Below, piece by piece: positions 46,151 to 59,635 of a DNA stretch of 64,000 bases. Position 1 is the first letter of the stretch. Each line of letters opens with the position of its first letter. Made by a program: the position numbers and the translations under genes. The notes under the pieces were generated by a model. The model was not told the origin of the DNA, did not search any database, and saw only the letters and a program-made list of their open reading frames with translations. The stretch is from Leucoraja ocellata (Eukaryota): the NCBI GenBank assembly GCA_036785375.1, contig JAWMAR010000331.1:1550001-1614000 (forward strand), in the 5' to 3' direction.

Positions 46151-47540
46151 CTCCGCGGTTCTCCCGCCGGCCTTCTGCAGCTTACATGGACCCGGTCCAT
46201 GTCTGCACCTAGAAGGTAAGTTGAAGGAAACGCAGGGTCTCTTACCTGCTGTTCCCGACTTTCCTTCTCCCGCTGGTGACCGTCGTTCCCTCCGTTGCGG
46301 GTTGGAGCCGCTCGGACCAAACCCCGGTGTTCACGGGCCTGGTCCTTCGCGGCAGTTCCGCAGCCGGTAAAACCCGGCTGTTCCTATCCCGGTGCCTACC
46401 TTTTGAAGAAGGTTTTCGTCCCCAACGTCCCGTTCCGACTCCATAAGTGCCGCTGCACTCGCTGAGCGTTTCGAGCCCCGGTACCGCTGGTCCGTGCTGT
46501 CTGTCCCGCAGCCTCTGCGCTGGCTGCTAGCGACTGGTCCCAAGTCAGTCTCGCTTGAGACTGGCATACGGGACCTCTTTACTTTGCTTCCCGCCCGGCC
46601 GAGAGGTGAATTTTGCCGGTGCGGGAGCAAAGTCGGGCACAGGTTGTTCCCCTCCAGGGAACTCGTGCTGTTGCTGCTGCCGGCTGCTCGCCCTCCACGG
46701 GTCTCCCCGCCGGCTTTCCGCAGCCACCTAAAAGTAAGTAGTAAAAGAGGGAAACGCAGAGTCTCTTACCTGCTGTTCCCGACTTTCAAATTCTCCCGCT
46801 TGGGGAACGCCGTTCCCCCTGTGTGACTCGTTGCAATGCGTGTAGCGATATGACACGCATGCGTGGAAGCGGGGTTCTTCACGAAGTCACTCACGTGACT
46901 CCGAAGTAAAACAGAAGCTTTTTGTTAATTTTCTCATTGAAGTTTATGTTACTACAGCTCACATTGAATTCCTGTGGGTCACGTATTAGTCAAACAGTAC
47001 ATCACAAGCAGCATTTGAAGCACAGCTTAAAGTTTTTCCTCCACTGTGTGTCCTTGCGCCACTGGATAATTGATTTTTACAAACATTTAATAGAGCGTGG
47101 AGCTTTTCATGCCAGAAATATATGTCAGGAATTTGGACAGGAAGGTTGCAGGGCCCCACATGATTTTCTGTCCATTAATTTTAATATTACAAAACCTCTT
47201 GCGCTCCAAACATTGATTGTTGATAGTGTTTGCTTCAAAAGAACAATATGCTGAGAACAAGATTGTATAAAATCCACCCATCCATCTCTAGAATTTGCAA
47301 TATGTTATATAGTTCTGTTTATATATTTGGTAGGAGGCTTCTAAGTTGCATTAACATATGAAATAACCTGTTGGGCCAAATTAACTTTTGATAATATTGA
47401 TGACACCATAACAAATTCGTATCACTCGCATGATATCAGCAAACAGAAATTTCAGCTGGTGTTTGCTTTGAAACTTGGTTGTATGGACAGAGCAACTACT
47501 TATCCTAGATATAACACAGATTAAAGCATTTGTGGTTTTA

Positions 47541-48028
47541 TGGGACTGTCCCACTTGGGCGACCTAATTGGCGAGTTTAGAAGAGTTTGGAAAAAATGAC
47601 ATGTTGAAGACCTCCTTCGACTATGTTGAAGACCAGCTACGACTAACTTCGGGAAAATTGGACACCGAATAGTGGAAAGTGAAGCCGACCTCCCTTCGAC
47701 CTCCCTTCAACTATGATGAAGACTATGACTACCTTCGACTACCCTCGATTACCTACGACTAACACGCCAACCTACTACGACTAAACCTAGGAGTAAAAAA
47801 AGTATCTAATTTTTCCATGGCGACCTTTTTTTACCCGCAGGCATGTTTTTACATATTGAAAAAAATGCCTCTAACTAGTTGAGGCCTCAAGTACGTGGAG
47901 ACCACTCTCGAGCATGAAGGTGAGTTACAAAGACCTCCTACGACCTCATGTCGACCATGCTGCAAGTATGAGTCGAGGGCAAACTCGCCAGAACTCGCGG
48001 ATTAGGTCGCCCAAGTGGGACAGGCCCT
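47541..48028. mobile_element. Harbinger-like MITE
   Basis: TIR GGG(A/C)CTGTCCCACTTGGGCGACCTAAT; TTA TSD on both sides. Confidence 0.88.
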
Positions 48029-48875
48029 TTACCCATGCCTGCAATTGTATTGCCGGATATTGTTGACACTAGTTGAATGATCTCAGCTGTTACTCAATTA
48101 CAAGCTGCGGTTGTGGTCTAGTAACTTAAGTACAGTAACCGAGGTTGACCTCCAGTGCAGTACTGTGGGTGTGCTATATTGTTGGAGATGCTCTATTTTG
48201 AATACAATGTTCTTACACAGATGGACATGAAAGATTCCATGAGTTTGCTTAAAGGAAGAGGAGAGAAAAGCCTCTGTCGCAAACAATAATTTTCTTTGAA
48301 GTCATATTGCTAAAAAAAAAATTGGCAAATCATTATCAACGTGGTCCTTGAAGGAATTTGCAGTGCACCACTGGGCTATTGTGTTCTGAGTATAAATTGA
48401 TGTTCTGTCTGAAAACAATTCAAAAATTACTTCATAGTTTTTAGGATATCTAAAAGGAATGACATAAATATAGGTTTCTATTTCTGAAGTATATGCATAT
48501 ATTACATTTTCTATTGCACTTGTTGTGAGAGTAAATGTATTATAAAGAGGCAAATTACACTCTTTAATTTTCTACGGTCCAATTCAATATTGGTCCTGAC
48601 AACACTATATTCTTTACTGAATTTATTTTCACTTTTGCTGAACTCATGTGTGGAATAATCTGCCTGATTGTTATGCAAAGCAATGTTTTTCACTGAACCT
48701 TAGCACACATGACAATAATAAGGCAATTTAAAAAGGAACAAAAATCAATGTCTTGGACCATTGGGATTAGGAAATGATGAGTGATAGGTGGATCCAGGTA
48801 AGAGTATCACAACCCAATGAACTCAACAGCTTGAAGCCAAGGTAGGAGAACAACATAGAAGCTCAAACTTGAAAA

Positions 48876-49230
48876 GTGAAAGGCCTAGATGGAGTGGATG
48901 TGAAGAGGATGTTTCCACTCGTGGGAGAGTCTAGGACCAGAGGTCATGGCCTCGGAATAAAAGGTTGTTCCTTTAGAAAGGAGATGAGGAGGAATGTCTT
49001 TAGTCAGAGGGTGGTGAATCTGTGGAATAGATTGCCACAGAAAGCTGTGGAGGCCAAGTCAATGGATATTTTTAAGATAAATTCTTGATTAGTATGGGTG
49101 TCGGGGGTTATGGGGAGAAGGCAGGAGAATGGGGTTAAAAGTGGAAGATAGATCAGCCATCATTGAATGACAGAGTAGACTTGATGGGCTGAATTATCTA
49201 ATTCTGCTCCTATTTCTTATGAACTTATGA
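48876..49230 (+). mobile_element. CR1 3' fragment
   Basis: KGLDGVDVKRMFPLVGESRTRGH...FSQRVVNLWN; CR1 3'UTR. Confidence 0.9.
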
Positions 49231-49499
49231 AAAGTTCTTATTTCCTGGTCACATCCAGCTCATACATATCATGGATGGTCAGTCTCACTGCGCGTCTATC
49301 AATATAAACCTTTCGGAATTGTACATGGAAAATGTTTCAGTATCTTTTTAGTCCACGTGAGGAGGTAAGAGCTTGGTCCCTTAGTTTTTTTTACTTCCTC
49401 TGTAATATGCAGAAACGGTGCTTTCCTAGAGGTCCTGGTGGGTAGCTTGATAGCTGAGCTAGGATGCAACCAGTTCCACCTCCGACACCCATATTCATC

Positions 49500-50530
49500 T
49501 GAAAGATAAACAAACGCCTTGGAGGAATTCAGTTGGCCAGGCAGCAACGTTTTGGGTCCAGACCCTTCTTCAGACGGATGGATTAGAATGGACGTAGCTT
49601 GTAAAAAGAGGTGAGGGTAAGGGGTGGGGCAAGAGCCAGCAAGTGATAGGTGGATAGACACAAAAAGCTGGAGTCTCAGCAGCAGGCAGCATCTCTGGAG
49701 AGAAGGAATGGGTGATGTTTTGGGTCGAGACCCTTCCACAGACGATAGGTGGATCCAGGTAAAGGGATTGATTTGCAGGTGAGTTAGGTAGGTGAAAGAA
49801 GGGTGGAGATAGTAACCAAGGAATCAAAGCTGGAGGTGATGAATGGAGAAGACAAAGGTGCAAAATATAGGATGTAATAAGAAAGGAAGGTGAGGAGTGA
49901 ATTGTAGAACCAGAGGGATGGATGGTGGGTAGAAGGGAATGGGGAGGAAAGAAAAATGGATGACCCAGAGTAAGGAGGCTTGGATGATGAGTGGATGGAA
50001 AAAGGGAAACGATAATACGAGATGGAGTGGTGGGAATGGAAGGGTGAAAAAAAGCTGGGTAGATGAAAACGAAGATTAGCCCAAAATGCTAGACTAACTC
50101 AGCGGGGCAGGCAGCAACTCTAGATAGAAGTAATGGGTGACGTTTTTCGATCGAGAACATTCTTCAGATTGAGAGTACTGGGGAGACGCAGAGATAGGGA
50201 AGGGTAAGGTGCGAACACAAGACATCAAAGAGGATGAGATCAAGGAAAATGTAGAATAGATCATTGTTAGCTAGGGGAAGGTGACAACAAATCCTACACG
50301 GCCGGGGTTCTACGCGGCCATCCGGGAGGCATCAAGACCGCGGCGCCTCGATAAAGGCCTCTGGCCGCGTTCCCAGTCCACAGCCGCGGCCCCCATTGGG
50401 ATGCCTTCTGGCCGCGCAATACAATGTTTTGTTGGTTACACAAAAAAGCTGGAGAAACTCAGCGGGTGCAGCAGCATCTATGGAGCGAAGGAAATAGGCA
50501 ACGTTTCGGGCCGAAACCCTTCTTCAGACC
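49500..50530 (-). mobile_element. Cluster of nested Penelope pLTR fragments
   Basis: At least four related copies (near 49510, 49655, 50080, 50435); 50435-50529 matches the 29227-29321 pLTR. Confidence 0.75.
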
Positions 50531-51632
50531 GCCCGTTTTGTTGCATTTCCAACTTGGACTCGCCATTGAGTCAGCAATTAGCATTCCTTAATAGTCACTG
50601 TCTGCAAATTCTGGCAATCAGAAAATGTCCAGCAATCAAAAGAAGATAAAAGATTATTAGCTTTTTCTTTTTTTTTTTTTTCAAATAATTTGACCATAGA
50701 TTTAAAGAAATAATATCTTTAATTTTTAATTTTGGGAAGTGTTATTTTCAAATAATATTAATAATTTCTTAAATTCCAGGTTGAGATGTTAATATTTTGT
50801 CCACTGTACTCAATTTGACTGAGTAGCTATGTTGCACAATATGATCATCTTTGAAGTAGATGGAGCATCATTTTCATCCTAACTGTTGGATTTGAAATTC
50901 ATTTGGCGTTTAAATACAATGGTAAAGGATACTTCTCTCCAAGTAGATTAAACAAGCAAGGAACGGGTATCGTTACAAGTAGGTGTAATATAAAATATTT
51001 TCAATATGACAAGTGTAAACAGGCAAGGAGGTGTCATTTTAAGGTATGATTTTCACAAAATTTCTGTGTGAATTAAGGTTACAAGCAAGTAAAATGTGTT
51101 ATTTTAAGATAGAATTTTAAAAAAGGGTATAAATTAAGGGTAAACGGGCAAGAAACCGGTGTCATTTCAAGGTACCATTATCAAAAGGTTTCTGCATATA
51201 GGGGGCACTGGACCCTTTTACCCCTGCCTGGGGCGTTGCCCCACGAAACCCTACCAGGGGGCAATGCCCCTTGGACCCCCATCTCTCTTCCTCTTTTTTC
51301 AGATTTTTCCTGTATCATGCCTGAATAATAATAACAATACTCAATGGTCTGGAAAATCCACTAATGAGTACCACGACATCCTGGATATGCTGGATTCTTG
51401 AGGGTTTGCTGTAGCTACGAAGGCAATTGGCATTTGTTGTAAAGGGCTTGGAGTTTTGAAATGAAAACATGGTGTTAGGGAGGCTAGAATGTACAGATTT
51501 GGCCCTCTTAATTTGGTTGTCTTATTTAAGTAGCATTAGGAACAGACCAGCAGAGATTCACTGGGATGTGCAGTTGGCCTTTAACAAACAGCTAAAAAAG
51601 TAGAGTTCTAAAAACAGAAGTTTAGAAGAATG

Positions 51633-51817
51633 ATTAAGAAGGAACTGCAGATGCTGGAAAATCAAAGGTAAACAAAAATGCTGGAGAAACTCAGCGGGTG
51701 AGGCAGCATCTATGGAGCAAAGGAAATAGGCAACGTTTTGGGTCGAAACGTTGCCTATTTCCTTTGCTCCATAGATGCTGCCTCGCCTACTGAGTTTCTC
51801 CAGCATTTTTGTCTACT
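51633..51817. mobile_element. Fold-back Penelope pLTR pair
   Basis: Arms centred on CAACGTTTTGGGTCGAAACGTTG; flanking duplication AGTTTAGAAGAATGA. Confidence 0.8.
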
Positions 51818-54119
51818 CTAGTTTAGAAGAATGAAGTGTGATCTTATTGAAATGTGTAAATTGGGGCATAACAAGATAGATGTTTCCACTCATGGGAGAT
51901 TCTCAAATGATAGACCATGTTACAAGCGAAAGAGAGAAGTCATTGGAATATCCTCTCAGAGGGTGATGAATCTCTACTCTAAAGGGTTTTGGAGAATGCA
52001 TCACCACAGCTATTGAAAAGAAGAGGATAATCAATTTTGAAAGATGGGAAGTTTAACACTCTGGGAAATTAGCACAGAAGAGGAGTTTTGGTCTTGGGCA
52101 AATCAGCCATGATCACATTCAGTGGCTGGGCAAGCATTTGCGGCCAGTGGGGCCACTCTTGCTCCTATTTTGTATGTTCTTTCTTTTCTGACCTGAAGCC
52201 CTATTTCCCCATTAAAACAAAAGGAATAGGAGATTCCGCTCCAGAATCCAAGAATTTATTCCCCAGCACAAACGGGCAAGAGTGAACTTTGCCATTGGCT
52301 TCATATCGAGTTTTGAAAAGTAACTGCACCCAGTATCATTCTGCAAATTTCGGACATTAGCATTTGAATGGCGTGCACAGATGTCCCAGACTTGTTGCCA
52401 TTTCAAAAATAATAATGCGAGTTTGTACCTTTTTTTTTCAATTAAGGTTTGTGTATGATTGGTAATAAATTTTGCAGCTTATCAAGCACATACCATTCTC
52501 AAATCTATCTAATTTGTGTTTTGGTTCCCAGCCAAAATTTAATGTAAGTTGGAAATAGTAAAATGTAAAAGTCAACTTTAGGTACCACTTTTAGTATTAT
52601 TCCTGTTATCACAATTAACTCTATTCAATCTTACCTTCTTGTTACCCTGTGGCATTTTATAAACCATGCTTTATCTTGAATCAGTGCAGATTTTATAATG
52701 AACGAATAGCCTTTTTGAGTGAATATTTACCAGTTTTCTTCTCTTGGACTGTTGCTCAGAGATCAAGAAAAATTTTTATATCAATCAATGCTCGCTGAAA
52801 TATGGATTCTACAGCTAAAAATGTATGGAGTATTCAGATTGATATCTGATAATAGGATTTTTTTAGGTGGGAAAGAATGTCTGATTTATAAAAATGAACT
52901 GCCTCTGAGTATTGGATATCTGATTGATCTTTTTTTTGATTTATTGGTAACTCCTCATGTTGACTGATTCCATCATAATAATTGTCAAAGGCTCACAAAT
53001 CTACCCAATCGTCCTCCTAAACATGCTGAGATAACTATTGTCTACTTCTGAGTATTTATTGTGCCTGAACATTTTTGACGTGCCAAAGACTTCTATCTTA
53101 GGAGAAATGTGGCATGGATTGATTTGATTTAGTGTAGATTCATATAATCTGTTTCAAAAAACAGATGCTTTCTGCATTATATGTTAAGGGTCAGTAATTC
53201 TATATGGTGTAAGCAACAACAAAGAATTTTAGTTTACTAAAATTCAATGCAGTTCAGGAATGGAGATTGTAACTTGGTCTTGTGGGAATTCACTTTGAAT
53301 GTTGGAGAATACAGACTTTATTTTGGCCTGATGTACTTGTACTGATGTAAGATGATGTACTTGGTTTGCAAGATTATTTCCAGGGCTTTGAGAATATTGA
53401 ATTTTGGTTTATCTATGGCCAGGCGTAACATTCCATGTGCACAGATACTCAAGAATTCCCTATTCAGGATTTTCCCCCAGAATTTGCCGGCTTACTCCCA
53501 CATTCTGCAGGAATAGAAGTCAAAACAGAAAATTCAAAAAAACTCAATTTACAAAGCTGAATTGGTGAGAATCAGAGTTAACAGTTCAGACTGAAAAAAG
53601 TTATATATTATTTTTTTTTAATGGGGACAGGTTGCTGGAGGTAAATTAATTTGTGGCTTTCAAAAAGGAATTAATTCAGTACTTGGAAGAACAGGGCAAG
53701 CATGTTTCTGTGTTTTTGTAGTGTAGCTGGCAAAGACTCCAAACAACAAATGGGGCTTTCTATGATACTACATGTACATGGGGTGGAAGATATTTCTAGG
53801 TATTATCTCACAATATAATGAAATGCACATACTTAATGGACAGGTCCTGCCACAGCTGACCATCACCTTTGCCATTTATCACATTTACATCAATTCCTAC
53901 GTTGCAGATTTGTTATCTGGCAAATAGCCCACCTGCACATAATCAGCAACTTGCATTGGTTAACAGTATAAAAGAAAATTAAACCACTCAACTTGTCCAA
54001 ACTATTTTCGAGGTCCTCTGAGTTAATATATTAAAAATCTTACACAAGGCTATGGCCCAAAATAATTGTACTTTTCTAAATTGTTCCCATTTCTACGAAT
54101 GAGGCAACTTTTGGAACCG

Positions 54120-54385
54120 GGACAGCACAGCTGTGTAGCCAGCGGAACCAATGTTTCACAGGTGCTCTGGTTTCCTCTGACATCCCTAAGGCATGTAGGT
54201 TGGTAGGTTAATTGGCCAATGTAAATTGTCCAGTGTGGTACAGTCTGGGAGGAGTAAATTGGAATGTGGGAAGAATAAAACAGAATTGGTGCAGGATTAG
54301 TGTAAATGCGTGTTCAATGTTCAGTATGGACGTGGTGTGTCAAATGACTTTTCCCCTTATTCCCCTTTTCTCTTGCATGACTCTA
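54120..54385 (+). mobile_element. Old HE1/V-SINE-like SINE
   Basis: GGTTGGTAGGTTAATTGGCC...TAAATTGTCC core. Confidence 0.55.
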
Positions 54386-56559
54386 AATGTTACCTGTTCC
54401 TGAGTGTATATATTTCAGAAAAATATTTTCTGACTAAATACCTCAATGCTTTATCTCATCGTAGAAAAGCTTTTGTAACTTGTCCCAACCTAAATTAGTC
54501 AAGGGTTTAAAGTGAAGCTGCTGAACTGTGTATATTTTGAAAGCCACACTGTCATTTGAATCTCACTCTCTTGATAAATGAGTATGCTGAGCTTCAATAA
54601 AGATTCACAGGACATCGCTGCAGCGGGAGGTCAAAGAATACCTACGTATCTGGCATGGAACACGTGGAATCAAACTTGTCTGTTTATTCAATCATGTTCC
54701 TCTCCCGTAGTATCCACTTCAAGGATAGAAATATGATTCTTTCAAAAAATTGATTGCTGATGAAACTTGATCTTGCAAGTTAGTAGTCGCACTTGATGAA
54801 TGATATCAAAAACTCCTCTGTGCAAATCTGATGAATAATATAATTTCCTCTGTAACAATCATCTCACGAACATCGCTCAAAAAAGTATGCAGCTACATGT
54901 TCCAGCAGAAATGAATTGATGTGGGATAATTAAAACATATAGTACTGCTAGGAAAAGGTCACGGGAGGTCTACCCAAATCTTCCACAGTCAGGATCAATC
55001 ATGTGAAGAGAGCCATAATGATTCAACTGAACAAACCCCTTTTGTGACTGGTATTTGATATATTTAAAAGGATTACTTTAAAATATTAGGACGGTCAACA
55101 AGAAAAAGATATTAACTACCTCCGGCAATGGGAACACACATTTTCTAAATGTTAGAATGTGCAGTCTTTTTGTGTGTACTCACGAAGATGAGTTTAAAGA
55201 TTACTTTTCTTCAGAATGGTTAAACCTCTTTCAGTCATGCTCATTCAAATTATGATCTCATTGATGTGCGATGGCATGCAGTTCCATTATATTTACTCAG
55301 GTGGATTTGTACTTCAGTGTAGGCAAGTCATTTATTTGTAAGGATCCTATAAACTTTAGCCTGAAAAAAACAAACTTAATTTTTAAAAAGTGTGTGTTGA
55401 AAATCCTGCTGTGCCTAGAAGGGCATGTGAAACATGCTATGTATAGCCGTCTAATGCATAATTTATAGAAGGACTCCAGTACAAAACACAATTGCATATG
55501 AGATCAAAGGGTTTGTGTACAATGGAATAGACCTCACTCTTTGACCGTGCTCTAAAGCCTTTCCTCCACCATTGCAGCATGAATGGTAGGTAGTAAACAG
55601 TTTATGGGTCATGGGAGTCGGGGAATATTTCAGTCAAGAGCAATCTGAAAAGAGTGTGGTGTGGGTGGTATCAAGATGACAATTGGAAGGGCTCAGCACT
55701 GTGTTCAGTAGGACTATTGGGAGGGGGGGAGTCACAATTGTTATTTGCAGGAGGGATTGAATTGTGAATGGGAGAGAGGAGTCGAGGTGGAGATGTGGTG
55801 GTAAAATGTGGTGTGATGTAGTTTTGTGCAGCTCCACATGTGCAGTGTGGTCAGTCAGGAGCTGCAGCTGCATACATGATTGCTCAGGAAACTGGAGGTG
55901 ATTTCCCCACGTATAAACAGGAGAAGCATTCCACATGCCTGCCATGCCCTTGGATATCCTTAAGTGGCGACGCGGGTAGACAGGGTGGAAAAATGGCATC
56001 TGGCAAGTTGGGACATCATGCTATAGTTGACGAGACAACAATTGGAGTATTCTGTGCAGTTCTGGTCAGCGAGCTAGAGGAAGGATGTTGTTAAGATGGA
56101 AAGGTGTAGAAAAGATTCACCAGGATATTAACAGGGTTCAGGATTATATGTACTGAAAACTTGTCCTTGAATTAAATCGGGCACCCTCTCAAGATGCAAC
56201 ACAACAGTGCTGACACACACACATTACAGACCGCAAGGCTGAAATAATCTAATGTATATTGAAGAAACCAAGCACTCAATGCAGCAGGCATAAACTGAAT
56301 AAATTACAGAGGTTTGGAAAATTAATTCCATTTAACCGAATCAACCTGTTAGCTCCAGCACAATTACCAATTGCAAATCAAGAATATATGCAAGCAAGAA
56401 ACCAAATCATATCAAAGCATGGAGAACATTGGAGTTGTCCAGTAACTTTATGCAAATGTGCATCATATTGTGGTGAATATGACTCGGCAATACTCGGTCA
56501 AATATTGAAATTCTTTATTTTTTTAACATAAACTGCCTAAGATCCCATCTTGTGCAAAA

Positions 56560-57370
56560 ACACCTCAAGACTGTGGTCAATCCTCTACTCTACTCTTTCT
56601 ATACTCGTCACTGTGCAGCCAGTCACAGTTCTAAAGGTATCTTCAAATTCACTGATGATACCACTATTGTTGGATGAATAACGAATAATGATGAGTCAGA
56701 ATATAGGTGAGAAATTGAAAATCTAATTGAATGGTGCCAGATCAATACTCTTCTTTCAACATCTGCAAGACCAAGGATCTGAGTGTTGACTTCAGGAGGG
56801 GAAAGTCAAGAGTCCATGAACCTGTCTTAATTGATGGGACAGGTGGAGAACATAAATAGCTTCATGTTCCTGGGAGTGCATATATCCAAACACCTGCCAT
56901 GGGCCCAGCACCAAGAAAGTATAAACGCCTTTACTTCCTTAGAAGATTGAAGAGATTTGCTATGCCGATGAATAATCTACCGAATTTCTACATGCGTACT
57001 GTAGAGAGCACACTGACTGGTTGCATCACAGCTTGGTTCAGGCCCAGGAACAAAGGAGATTACTGAGAGTGGTAAAACTGCCTGGTCCATCACAAATACT
57101 GTATATCCACCATCAAATGGATCTGCAGGAGGTGCTGTCTCAAAAAGGCAGCCGTTATCATCAAAGATCCTGGCCACATTCTCATTTTGCTCCTACCATC
57201 AGACAGAAGATGCAGGAACCTGAAAACTATGACCACATATTGAAGACTAACTTCTTGCCAACAATCACCAGGCTCTTGAACACTACATAGTACTAACCTT
57301 AGCAACTATAAACCTCTATGGACTGCTTTTGGTTGCACATTGTTCTGCTGTTGTTACATATGAATATTAA
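56560..57370 (+). mobile_element. Decayed Rex1/Babar LINE
   Basis: PLLYS, FTDDT, SFMFLGVHI, ESTLTGCITAWF peptides. Confidence 0.8.
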
Positions 57371-58660
57371 ACACTCTTGACTCGCTTTTTGCAGTGTCAG
57401 TACCGTAGCTATATTACTACAGAAGCTTCAGAGTCCTGGGGGATTCTAATCATTTCTATAAAATTTGGAAATGTGAAATCTCTGCAGCTGTATATCTGCT
57501 CTCGTTCTCTTAAATCCTCGGTCTTTGTTGCATTCCCCTTTCCTACTTTCCTCCTCATTCTTGCCAGAATCTTTAACACTGCAGTTCTACTCCTTTAGAT
57601 TTACTCCTTAGACCAGGTGCTCTGCTTTATTTTCTACTTATTATAAAAACCGAAACAAAACCCATTGTTTTGAACAAAATGTTGGTCATGCTTTCTAATC
57701 TATTCATCCATGGCTTAGCATCTGTTTCCCCTAACCCTTTATCTAAATGCTGTTGTTTCATAATGTTCACTATCTTTGAATTGCTAAGTCACATTAAATT
57801 TCATTCTGACTGTTTGTAATCTAATTGGAAACATTTTGGTTAAAGAAGCCCTGTTTGTTGAAGCCAATGTAGTTTTCCACATGTGTCGTCTGCCACCCTT
57901 GCATTGAAAAGGTTAACATGGGTTGGGCACAGTCTGCAAGCCCCGTGGCAAAGTGTACTTGATCTCTCTCCTATAATTGATGGAGTCTGAGCCCCTCCAG
58001 TGAATGCACTTTGATTCCTGATAAGATAACACCTAACTAGCTGAGAGAGATGGCACATGGAGAAAATGGACCCATGCTGTTGTGAAGGAGCAAAGTGTTA
58101 ATTATGCAACGGATGAAGTAAGATGCCCCGCTTACATTCACTACTAGAGAATGCTTTCTTTAGATATTTACGATTTCATTCTTAAATGAAGCCATAATCT
58201 AAAAACTGTTATTACTTCTTTTGGTGCTTTAGTATTTCAAACTGCTGCAGTGACAGAAGGGGTTCTTTAATCCTTTGGAGTATTTCCTGTGATTAAAGCA
58301 GTTAGTGGTGCATAAGATCCTGTTACGTTTACTCTTTCCCAGAGTAGTTATAATCTGTAATTACATTGATCTTCCCAAATTTGAAATCTAATTTTAAGTA
58401 TAAATATTTTTGGGGGAATTATTGTCCACCTTTAATATTTAAATAGAAATCCATTTTGTTCAGATGTTTTAAAACTGGAAACCCACAGAATCACTGATTC
58501 TGAAGCTAAACATACATGAGGAACCTTTGACAGTCAAACAAATACAGTCTTTTTAATCATCATTTCTCACAACCCTACTGCACTACAGAAGAGAAACACA
58601 GGTTAAAAATACCTAGTGATAACATTATTAAGTATAGCTCCTGTTGAATTGATCTGTAGA

Positions 58661-58894
58661 CGGGGGTGGAAAACCCGGGGGGGGGGGGCAGAGGAGACAC
58701 CCCCCCCCCCCCCCCCATGTTTTGAGAGGTGGGGGACATCTCCCCCAAGTTTTTGTGATCCCAATTTTAATATTTCCGTTTTTAGCGCTGGATTGAGCCT
58801 CCGAAGCCTCGTGCGTGAGTGCGCATGCGAGCGTGGCTGCCAAAAAATTGTGTTCCCCGTCCCCTCCATGTTTTGATAGCGAGTTCCACTGCCG
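58661..58894. mobile_element. hAT-like MITE (short relative of 24681-25435)
   Basis: Perfect 8-bp TSD TCTGTAGA; shared subterminal sequence. Confidence 0.85.
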
Positions 58895-59417
58895 TCTGTA
58901 GATATCCATTAAAGCATATGTGGGTAGATGAACATAGTTGATGAAAGTGTGTGGTTGGTGCAGTTAATGAAAGGATGGAGTTGGGAAACATGGTCGTGAT
59001 GCAAGGGTTGACAAAGCCAGAGGAAAGAAAGGTATGTATTTGATCATGCAATAAAATCAGAAAAGGCAAAAAGGGATTATTAGAGCCCTTCTTAATGAGA
59101 ATTGTAGTTGTAATGGAGATGCAAGGAAAAAAGAGTGTGGCCTGTGCGATTTTTTTTTAAGAAGATAGACTCAAAAAGCTGTAGTAACTCAGCGGGACAG
59201 GCAGCATCTCTGGATAGAAGGAATGGGTGATGTTTCAGGTCAAGAATCTTTTTCAGAATGTTTTTAGTTTAGTTTAGAGATACAGCATGGAGACTGGCCC
59301 TTCGGCCCACCACCTCCATACAAACCATCGATCACCTGTTCCCACGAGATCTATGTTATTCCACATTCTCGACCACTCCGTAAACACTAGGGACAATTTA
59401 CAGGGGCCAATTAACCT

Positions 59418-59635
59418 TGTAAGATATTACGGCTTCAGCATGTCGATAGAAAGAAACAAGCACAGGTTTCAGTACACGCTGTTGCCAGTGTGGGTCTTCT
59501 TTATTTTACAAAAGTACACTGCACATACTCACACATATCCACGAGACTGATAAGATATTGAATATATCACATGACACAATCATACCAGTCTAGCACTCGG
59601 CTCTTAAAGTTACAGTTACTATTATGTACACTACA
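59418..59635 (-). repeat. 3' LTR
   Basis: Direct repeat of 63011-63224 with multiple substitutions; weak purine tract adjacent. Confidence 0.92.

Larger units (their letters stand above)
42156..46911 (-). mobile_element. DIRS1-like element with decayed and deleted ORFs but perfect termini (DIRS-B)
   Basis: 36-bp ITR identical (42231-42266 vs 46850-46885); 77-bp terminal arm 42160-42236 matches ICR 42377-42453 exactly; YR remnants about 42700-43600 (GLSDRTMNLISSALRLSTRKQYL, WSYSAINSATSALS); pol reduced to about 0.8 kb; gag remnant (LRVPSVNQCIWQHMG); AAAA repeated at both ends. Confidence 0.93.

Noticed and set aside
45773-46826. Several overlapping 100-177 aa ORFs
   Set aside because: Products of GC-rich tandem repeats in the DIRS-B leader; low complexity.
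50530-51325. Possible further MITE ending in CATGCCTG with repeated GGTGTCATTT motifs
   Set aside because: Left terminus and TSD could not be identified.
53185-53235. Candidate anos1 exon 2 (SNSIWCKQQQR)
   Set aside because: Lacks the second Cys of the expected WCxNHxxC pattern and suitable splice sites; no convincing exon 2 found in the window.
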